Of a DNA stretch of 64,000 bases, positions 57,588 to 64,000 are shown one piece after another (position 1 is the first letter of the stretch; every line of letters starts with the position of its first letter). A program made the position numbers and the translations under genes. A model generated the notes under the pieces. It was not told where the DNA came from, searched no databases, and was given only the letters and a program-made list of their open reading frames with translations. Source of the stretch: Pseudomonadota bacterium (lineage in GTDB: Bacteria; Pseudomonadota; Gammaproteobacteria; Xanthomonadales; Xanthomonadaceae); the NCBI GenBank assembly GCA_963205415.1, contig CAUJJS010000130.1, positions 38,334-102,333 of the forward strand, given 5' to 3'.

Positions 57588-57671
57588 CGTCATGCCCGCG
57601 AAGGGGCACCCAGCGACTTCAAATCATTGAGAATTCAAAGGCACTGGACTCCCGCCTTCGCAGGAGTGACG
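57588..57671. repeat. Palindromic REP/MITE-like element
   Basis: Arms CGTCATGCCCGCGAAGGGGCACCCAG and CTGGACTCCCGCCTTCGCAGGAGTGACG are imperfect inverted repeats resembling the GTCATTCCCGCG...CGCGGGAATGAC repeat class; AT-rich core. Confidence 0.75.
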
Positions 57672-57699
57672 AAGAAATGTCGACTTGTTCAGATATTCC

Positions 57700-59913
57700 C
57701 TAACCGGATGGCCTTGCACGCTTGGCGGCATCGATTTGCTCGCGCAATTCGACAAAACTCTCAACCAGTCCGTCATCGGCGGAAGGGAGGTCGTGCAACT
57801 GGTCCATGGCGGACTGCCAGACGCTCTCGGCCTGACTCACCTGGCCCAAGGCGAGCAGCGCCTCGATCTCGGCATAACGAGCCACCAGCGCATCGGCATG
57901 GTTCTCTCCGGAAAAATGCACGATCTGATTGCGCAAGGCCCGAATCCGTGACAAGGCCTCGTGCGGATCCCCGGCTCCCAGCAACAGGCGGACCTCCAGA
58001 AAGTCGGCTGCATTGAGGATCTGATGACGATCGCCATAGCGGGCATGCGCACGTTCTCGCAGTTCGCCCAAAGCCTTGAGCACCCGTGCCGAGGTATCGG
58101 GACGCTTGCTGAACAGTGCGCTCTGGGCGGTCTGGAGCAAAACGTTCAACAGCTCGTCGCTGTTGGGGTCATGACGGCGCAACAAAGCAGCAGCCTTGGC
58201 GTAAAGGTCGAGGGAGATGGAGCCATTGCCGATGATTTGACCGGCATAGCTCGCTTGGTGCCGGTAGAGCTGAGCTTGGGCCAAAGGATCGCGCCAGCCA
58301 TCACGCGCCAGGCTGGATTCGGCTTGCAACAACAGACTGGGCACTTGCGGGTGCTGGAAATGGTGGTTGAGCAACACCCCGGCCAGCAGCAGGCGCGCCG
58401 ACGCGGTACGCGGGTCGTCCGCGCCGAAGGCGGCTTCGGCCTGCGTCAGGCGAACGCGGGCCAGTTCCTCGGAGCCGTTGCCGGCTTCGTTGGAATCGAA
58501 GATCTCGATCAAGATGGTGTAGATCTCATCGCGCAATTGGGGCTGGTCGGCCAGTTCGGACGTGAGTCGTGACGCACTGTCGTTGAGCAAGTCGATCACG
58601 CGCCGCTGCAAGACGGCCGTGCCTTCGGAATTGGTGCGCCCGGAATCGAACAGGCCAATCAAGTAGGTCTTGATGGCAATGGCGCGTGCCGCTTCGGCCT
58701 CGGCGCGTCGTGCCTGCACGAGACTGATGCCGGTGCCCGCCAGCATCGCCACCAAGGCCAGCAACAGACCGATGGTGGCCAAACGATTGCGGCCAATCCA
58801 CTTTCTGGTGCGGTAGGCAAAACCATCGGGGCGCGCCTGCACCGGCTGGCCGGAGAGATAGCGCTGCACATCCTCGGCCAGAGCTTCGGCGCTGCCGTAG
58901 CGGCGCGTCGGTTCCTGTGCCAGGGCACGCATCGTGATGGCATCCAGATCACCCGCGAGGCGACTGCGCGGCACCGCTCCGCGATCATTCGGGCCGGTCT
59001 GCACGGCACGCGGCGGTTCAGTGGTTCCACCACTGCCACGACGATGCTTCTGGCTGTGACGCTGGCCGGTGAGCATTTCGAACAGGATCGCGCCCAAGCC
59101 GTAAATATCGGTGGCCGTGCTCACGGCGCCGCCTTCGATCTGTTCGGGCGCGGCGTAGGCGCTGCTGGCAAAGCGCATCAGGGTCGCCGTGGGTTGGTGC
59201 GCGTCATCGCGCAAGAGCTTGGCGATACCGAAATCCAGCAGGCACGGCGTGCCATCCAACTGCACCATGACATTGCTGGGTTTCAAGTCACGGTGGATCA
59301 CCAGTTGCCGGTGGGCATGGGCCACGATCCGGCACAGGGCAACGAACAGCTCCAGTCGCTGGCGCAAGGAGGGCGCCGTGTGCAGCCACTGTTCCAGGGT
59401 GATGCCTTCGACATGGCGCATCGCATACCACGGCCGGCCGCGTACATCGAGGCCGCTGTCGATCAGGTTGGCAATGCCCGGGTGTTCGAGGCGAACCAGC
59501 AGCTCGCGCTCGCGTTGGAACGCGCGCAGTACGGCGGCGCTGTCCATGCCGGGCTTGATGCACTTGAGCGCCGCAGTCTGGCGCACGCCGCCATCCTCGC
59601 GCTCGGCCAGCCAGACGCTGCCCATGCCACCCGCGCCCAGGCGATCGAGGATCTGCCAAGGGCCGATCCGGTCGCCTGTCGCAATACCCTCCAACTCCTC
59701 GTCCACGGTATCGGCTTGATCGGCCAGGAGGGCCACGACCAGTGGATCGGCCTGTGCATCGAGCAGCTCGTCATCAGCGGCATCGAGGGCCAGAAGTTGC
59801 AGCACGTCCTCGTGCAAGGCCGTGTCGGCGCCACAGGCCTCGCGCACGAAGCTGAGGCGCGCATCGCCTGTCAACTCCAAGGCGTGGCGCAAAATCGAAA
59901 CGCGATCATTCAT
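57700..59913 (-). CDS. Membrane Ser/Thr kinase with extracytoplasmic helical (TPR-like) domain
   Basis: GAGGMG, ALK, HRDLKPSN, DFG, YAAPE, GDLDAI; TM LATIGLLLALVAMLAGTGISLV; ATGA-coupled to the ECF gene. Confidence 0.9.
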   Translation of the reverse strand: MNDRVSILRHALELTGDARLSFVREACGADTALHEDVLQLLALDAADDELLDAQADPLVVALLADQADTVDEELEGIATGDRIGPWQILDRLGAGGMGSVWLAEREDGGVRQTAALKCIKPGMDSAAVLRAFQRERELLVRLEHPGIANLIDSGLDVRGRPWYAMRHVEGITLEQWLHTAPSLRQRLELFVALCRIVAHAHRQLVIHRDLKPSNVMVQLDGTPCLLDFGIAKLLRDDAHQPTATLMRFASSAYAAPEQIEGGAVSTATDIYGLGAILFEMLTGQRHSQKHRRGSGGTTEPPRAVQTGPNDRGAVPRSRLAGDLDAITMRALAQEPTRRYGSAEALAEDVQRYLSGQPVQARPDGFAYRTRKWIGRNRLATIGLLLALVAMLAGTGISLVQARRAEAEAARAIAIKTYLIGLFDSGRTNSEGTAVLQRRVIDLLNDSASRLTSELADQPQLRDEIYTILIEIFDSNEAGNGSEELARVRLTQAEAAFGADDPRTASARLLLAGVLLNHHFQHPQVPSLLLQAESSLARDGWRDPLAQAQLYRHQASYAGQIIGNGSISLDLYAKAAALLRRHDPNSDELLNVLLQTAQSALFSKRPDTSARVLKALGELRERAHARYGDRHQILNAADFLEVRLLLGAGDPHEALSRIRALRNQIVHFSGENHADALVARYAEIEALLALGQVSQAESVWQSAMDQLHDLPSADDGLVESFVELREQIDAAKRARPSG

Positions 59914-60491
59914 GCGTCACTGTCCATGTGCAGGCGCAGCAGCGCCCGCGCGGCGCGCCAGTCGCGCGCCACGGTGCGCTCGGAAAGATCCAACAGCCGG
60001 GCGATCTCGGCAAAGCCCAGACCGGCAAAAAAGTGAAGGTCCACCACCTGCGCCAGTCGAGCATCTTCGCCTGCGAGTGACGACAAGGCCGACTCCAATG
60101 CGATCAGTTCGGACAGGTCGATGCCCTCGCCCGTGGTGACGGCGCTCAAGGTGATGCGCTCGAAGTCGCCACCGCGTTTGAGCGCCTCGCGATCACGTGC
60201 GGCATTCATCAACACCTGCCGCATGGCGCGCGCAGCAATGGCGAAGAAATGCGACTGATCCTTGGGTTCGAGCTGGCTGCCGGCGAGCTTGAGCCAGGTT
60301 TCATGCATCAGCGCCGTGGTCGACAGCGTGTTTCCCGCATTCCGGCGAAGCATGAGGTGGGCACGCCGCCGCAAATCCTCGTAGATGGCCGCGAACAGGG
60401 CATCGCTTGCCGCGGCATCACCCTCTGCACAGCGACGCATCAAGGCCTGCGTGGTGGTGGTGGAATCCCGGTCAAGCTCGGGATGGCTCAA
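59910..60491 (-). CDS. ECF sigma factor, kinase-associated type (TIGR02999/ECF43-like)
   Basis: AGGAG RBS then TTG start; TLSTTALMHE, HFFAIAARAMRQVL, ALKRGG, SERTVARDWRAARA. Confidence 0.9.
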   Translation of the reverse strand: MSHPELDRDSTTTTQALMRRCAEGDAAASDALFAAIYEDLRRRAHLMLRRNAGNTLSTTALMHETWLKLAGSQLEPKDQSHFFAIAARAMRQVLMNAARDREALKRGGDFERITLSAVTTGEGIDLSELIALESALSSLAGEDARLAQVVDLHFFAGLGFAEIARLLDLSERTVARDWRAARALLRLHMDSDA

Positions 60492-60634
60492 GTCCTGCGC
60501 TCCTGTCGTCCGTGGCGTCACGCGCCATGCATGGATCCCCCATGTCTCAGAGTATATCCATGCACCGACAGGCAAACACATGGCCCCGCGCTGCGTGTAC
60601 TTGCAGTGCGGGGCCATGGCAGGGCATTCGTGAA

Positions 60635-62212
60635 TCAGTTGCCTTCGAAACCATCCGAGAACAACGGTGCTTCCTTCATCCGCGCAACCAGCATCAAATC
60701 TTGGGAATACGATCCGTGGTTTTCGTTGTAGGTGCCGACCGCCAGCAGGCGCTTCTGGCCGGTGTGGTAGCGCGCCGCCTGGAAGCGGTAGGTGTTGGTG
60801 TCGCCCGCATACACATCGTCGGGCAGGATTTCCTGCACCTGCTCACCCGGGTTGGGTTGCAGATTGTCGGGATTGAGGGTCAGCAGGGAGCCGGCGGTCA
60901 TCAGGGTTGCACCACCTTGCACGACGTAGCGACCAACGATGGCCAGGCGGGCGCCATCACCGTTGCTCGCGCCCGGAATCAAGGTCATGTCGTTGGCGAG
61001 GATGGAATCGCACTCTTGCCCTGCGGTACCGGCGGTGCCGCCGCCGCCGTGGGTCCAGGTGCGACTGGGGCTCGGCGCCACGCCATTCTGGTCTAGGGCG
61101 TACACGATCAGGCCGTTGCCGCAGGGTCGCTGGAAGGCGGAGAGGAGAAAGATGTCGTAAGAGCCGGTCCCCAGCGGTCGCAGCACGAGCCCGGCAGCGG
61201 CATGGACCGAATTGTTCCCAGCCAAGGTCAACCAGCCCTGGTTTTCCGCCCTGACCGGAGCTGGCCAATAGCTGGAGGGAGAAGGCTCTCCAGAACTTTG
61301 AAGCTTGAGGATGAAGAGCTGCAGATTATTGCTCCCCATCTGGATGTCGCCGGCAACGAAGATGTAGCCGGTGGGTGCGATCTCCAATTGCGATGCGCGG
61401 ACCCGGCTCCACAAGAGGATGTCCGGCTGACCCGGATCGCCGAAGAGAATCACCTCATGGTGGTAGGAGCGTAGGCCATTGGTGCCCCAGCTCGTGTCCA
61501 CTCCGGACCACTCGGTGGACGTGCTTGGTTTGATGGCGAATGCGGTCAGGTGCACCTCGTAGCTGTCGTCGACGAACATGCTGTTCTGCCCCGGCAACTG
61601 GCGGTTGTCATGCAGCACAAACAGGCGGTCGCCTCTTTGCGCCAAGCGCACGCCGACTTGGTTGGCGTGGCTGGAAGGGCCCGTCCCCTCGCCGATGCGG
61701 GTCACCATGTAGCCCGGCTGGCCGTCGGTGCGAAATTCGGCCAGGAAGCTGCGCACCAACCCATTTGGATCGCTGCTCGCCTTCTTGGCATCGATCAGGA
61801 TGAACAGGCGCCGCTGCGCGCTGGCCACCAGCACGTCGCGCACTGCCACGATGCGCCATTCGGCATCCTCGAAGGCCGGAATGCCAAAGCGCCCCTCGAT
61901 ATCGACCGGGGTGCCGTTTTTGTCGATGCGCTGGAACCCGACCCGGGACGTCGTGCGGTCAATCCAGCGGTTGGTCTTGTGCACGATGATCGTGTCGTCG
62001 CCATCGAAGGCCAGGCGGGTGGCACCGAAGCCCGTGGTGTCGTACATGCCGCCCTCCGAATCGTCGGGGCCGGTCCAGACTCCCCAGCCATTGAAGGCCT
62101 TGTCGAGCTGGTAGGGGGTGCGTACTGCCGCCTCGGTATTGCCGGCGACGAGGGCGCTTGCCGCAAAGCTCAGCGCCAACGCGGCCAAGTGAAGGGTGTG
62201 ACGCCAATTCAT
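60635..62212 (-). CDS. Secreted beta-rich protein with degenerate delta-60-like repeats and a C-terminal LFSDGFE motif
   Basis: AGGAG RBS; signal peptide; LDKAFNGWG and VDTSWGTNG segments; ends APLFSDGFEGN. Confidence 0.75.
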   Translation of the reverse strand: MNWRHTLHLAALALSFAASALVAGNTEAAVRTPYQLDKAFNGWGVWTGPDDSEGGMYDTTGFGATRLAFDGDDTIIVHKTNRWIDRTTSRVGFQRIDKNGTPVDIEGRFGIPAFEDAEWRIVAVRDVLVASAQRRLFILIDAKKASSDPNGLVRSFLAEFRTDGQPGYMVTRIGEGTGPSSHANQVGVRLAQRGDRLFVLHDNRQLPGQNSMFVDDSYEVHLTAFAIKPSTSTEWSGVDTSWGTNGLRSYHHEVILFGDPGQPDILLWSRVRASQLEIAPTGYIFVAGDIQMGSNNLQLFILKLQSSGEPSPSSYWPAPVRAENQGWLTLAGNNSVHAAAGLVLRPLGTGSYDIFLLSAFQRPCGNGLIVYALDQNGVAPSPSRTWTHGGGGTAGTAGQECDSILANDMTLIPGASNGDGARLAIVGRYVVQGGATLMTAGSLLTLNPDNLQPNPGEQVQEILPDDVYAGDTNTYRFQAARYHTGQKRLLAVGTYNENHGSYSQDLMLVARMKEAPLFSDGFEGN

Positions 62213-62340
62213 GATGTGTGCTCCTGATGGATGGTTCGGCCGCGTATTTCGCGGCCTCATCCAGACAACACACGCTTTGGCGGGAAAACATGACATCCAC
62301 GTCTTCGAGCCTGTGCCGGCCTGCGCGGAGGGCATTTGGT

Positions 62341-62370
62341 TTGACAGCCAAGCCAGCCAGACGTTAGCGT
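62341..62370 (+). promoter_or_regulatory. sigma70 promoter of adk
   Basis: TTGACA, 18-nt spacer, TAGCGT. Confidence 0.55.
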
Positions 62371-62468
62371 TCGTGACTTATCCCGCGCGCGACACAGGTT
62401 TTGGTCGCTTTGTCTCGACCAGTTGGCAGGTGCGCTCGGATACGCATTGTTTTCTCAGGATTTTCATC

Positions 62469-63044
62469 ATGCGACTCGTACTCCTCGGCGCCCCAGGCTC
62501 CGGCAAGGGCACCCAGGCCGTCCGCCTCAAGCAGGCGCTCGGCGTGGTTCATATCTCCACTGGCGATCTTTTGCGTGCGGCGGTGGCCGCCGGCACCGAG
62601 CTGGGCCTGAAAGCCAAGGCCGTGATGGACCGTGGCGAATTGGTCAGTGACGACATCGTGCTGGGCATGCTGGAAGAGCGGCTCAACGCTGGCGACTGCG
62701 GCAAGGGCTTCATCCTCGATGGTTATCCGCGCAATTCGGCCCAAGCTTGGGCCTTGGACGAGCTGCTCAATCGCCTGCGCCAGCCGGTCGATCAAGCGGT
62801 GTTGCTGGACGTGGACAACGAGCTATTGATCGAGCGCATTGCCGGCCGCGCCAAGGCCGAAGGCCGCGCCGATGACACCCCTGCCACCGTACGCAACCGC
62901 CTGCGCATCTACACCGAGCAGACCGCACCGGTGATCGATTTCTACGAACAGGCCGGCAAACTGGTTCGTGTGGATGGCGTGGGCGAAGTGGCCGACATCA
63001 CCCGCCGCGTACTGGCTGCAATCGGGCAGGTTTCGGCAAGCTGA
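62469..63044 (+). CDS. adk: Adenylate kinase (short, LID-less type)
   Basis: GAPGSGKGT, HISTGDLLR, ILDGYPRN; short RIAGRAKAEGRADD segment. Confidence 0.96.
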   Translation: MRLVLLGAPGSGKGTQAVRLKQALGVVHISTGDLLRAAVAAGTELGLKAKAVMDRGELVSDDIVLGMLEERLNAGDCGKGFILDGYPRNSAQAWALDELLNRLRQPVDQAVLLDVDNELLIERIAGRAKAEGRADDTPATVRNRLRIYTEQTAPVIDFYEQAGKLVRVDGVGEVADITRRVLAAIGQVSAS

Positions 63045-63082
63045 TCGCCCACGGTCGTTCGTTGAAACCGGAATCCGGGCTC

Positions 63083-63625
63083 ATGCGCCCTGAAAGCGTT
63101 CCTGCCTGCATCCTTGCCTTGTTGCGTCTGCGTGGTGGGCCGCAAGACTTGCCGTACTCGCACGGCCTGCTGTGGAAACTGATCCTGTTGTCGTTGCTGC
63201 TGGACATGGTGGCTTCGCACTGGCTGGCCGCACAACAAGGCAGTGTGCTGCGCATTTTGGTGGTCTCCGGATTCAGCTTGCTGCTGCCGTGGTGGCTCCT
63301 GTCCTGGGTCGGCAAGCGCGCGCGTTTCGTGCAAACCCTCAGCGCCTTGCTGGCCACCGGCATCGTGCTGTCGCTGGTGTTCCTGCCGCTCGCGGTGTGG
63401 GCCATCGACCACGGCATGGCCAAACCAGACGCCACGCCCACGCCGCAACAAGCCATGCTGGCCTGGCTGATCCTGATCGTCGTGGTGTGGAAGGTGATGG
63501 TCACCGCCCATATCTGGCGTCAGGCCTTGGAATGGCCGCTGGCTGGCGGTGTTGCTGTCAGTGTGGCGCTGATGCTGCTGGAGCTCGGTTTCGACCGTCT
63601 GCTGTGGGGCGCGGGATGGACCTAG
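63083..63625 (+). CDS. Hypothetical multi-pass membrane protein
   Basis: GPQDLPYS, RFVQT, AHIWRQAL; about five TMs. Start uncertain. Confidence 0.7.
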   Translation: MRPESVPACILALLRLRGGPQDLPYSHGLLWKLILLSLLLDMVASHWLAAQQGSVLRILVVSGFSLLLPWWLLSWVGKRARFVQTLSALLATGIVLSLVFLPLAVWAIDHGMAKPDATPTPQQAMLAWLILIVVVWKVMVTAHIWRQALEWPLAGGVAVSVALMLLELGFDRLLWGAGWT

Positions 63626-63686
63626 ATGGCTTGCGCCGCTCGCACCCAAGCCTCAGGCTGATCGACACCTTTTTCCTGATGCCGTC

Positions 63687-64000
63687 ATGAAGCTACACAT
63701 CCTGGGCATTTGCGGCACCTTCATGGGCGGCGTCGCAGCGTTGGCGCGTGAGTTGGACTTCCCAGTGGAAGGATCCGATCTCAACGTCTATCCACCGATG
63801 AGCACCCAACTCGAAGCCTTGGGCATCGCGCTGAAGTCGGGCTATCTACCCGAGCACATCGCGTCCGATACCGATCAAGTCGTGATCGGCAACGCCCTGT
63901 CACGTGGCAACCCGGCGGTTGAAGCGGTGCTGGATCGCGGCTTGGCCTATGTCTCCGGCGCGCAATGGTTGGCCGAACAGGTATTGCCGGGGCGCACCGT
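63687..64000 (+). CDS. mpl: Murein peptide ligase Mpl, 5' part; runs off the window end
   Basis: Manual translation MKLHILGICGTFMGG...GSD..VYPPMSTQL...IGNALSRGNP. Confidence 0.93.
   Translation, partial: MKLHILGICGTFMGGVAALARELDFPVEGSDLNVYPPMSTQLEALGIALKSGYLPEHIASDTDQVVIGNALSRGNPAVEAVLDRGLAYVSGAQWLAEQVLPGRT

Overview
GC-rich gammaproteobacterial chromosome segment, most likely Xanthomonadales/Lysobacterales, judged from gene content and order (dnaA-dnaN-recF-gyrB...M48-TPR-tonB-exbB-exbD1-exbD2, pdxJ; pfp/adk/mpl; zapA-ssrS-ygfA-EVE-rpiA). It contains the replication origin region: oriC between dnaA and dnaN with DnaA boxes, a perfect IHF site and an AT-rich tract, two parS palindromes inside recF, and a flip of gene orientation around the origin. 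Most genes are housekeeping. No rRNA, tRNA, CRISPR array, prophage or transposase is visible. The best candidates for undescribed biology are: (1) a 4.7-kb cassette between pfp and adk encoding a secreted protein with a C-terminal 'LFSDGFE' tail, an STT-type ECF sigma factor and a coupled membrane Ser/Thr kinase, bordered by a palindromic REP/MITE; (2) a ~700-bp non-coding region before a histone-H1-like gene, with a purine/pyrimidine-alternating tract, a sigma70 promoter and a structured ~185-nt leader or sRNA; (3) an orphan PdsR-type regulator facing two coupled unknown small ORFs across 11-bp-phased repeats; (4) an inactive-transglutaminase-7TM plus ATP-grasp pair lacking its usual protease, placed after gyrB; (5) widespread operon break-up (HTHP instead of rpmH beside dnaA; solitary oleB, trpG, speE, rhodanese). 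Family calls come from motif reading and recall only; no searches were run.
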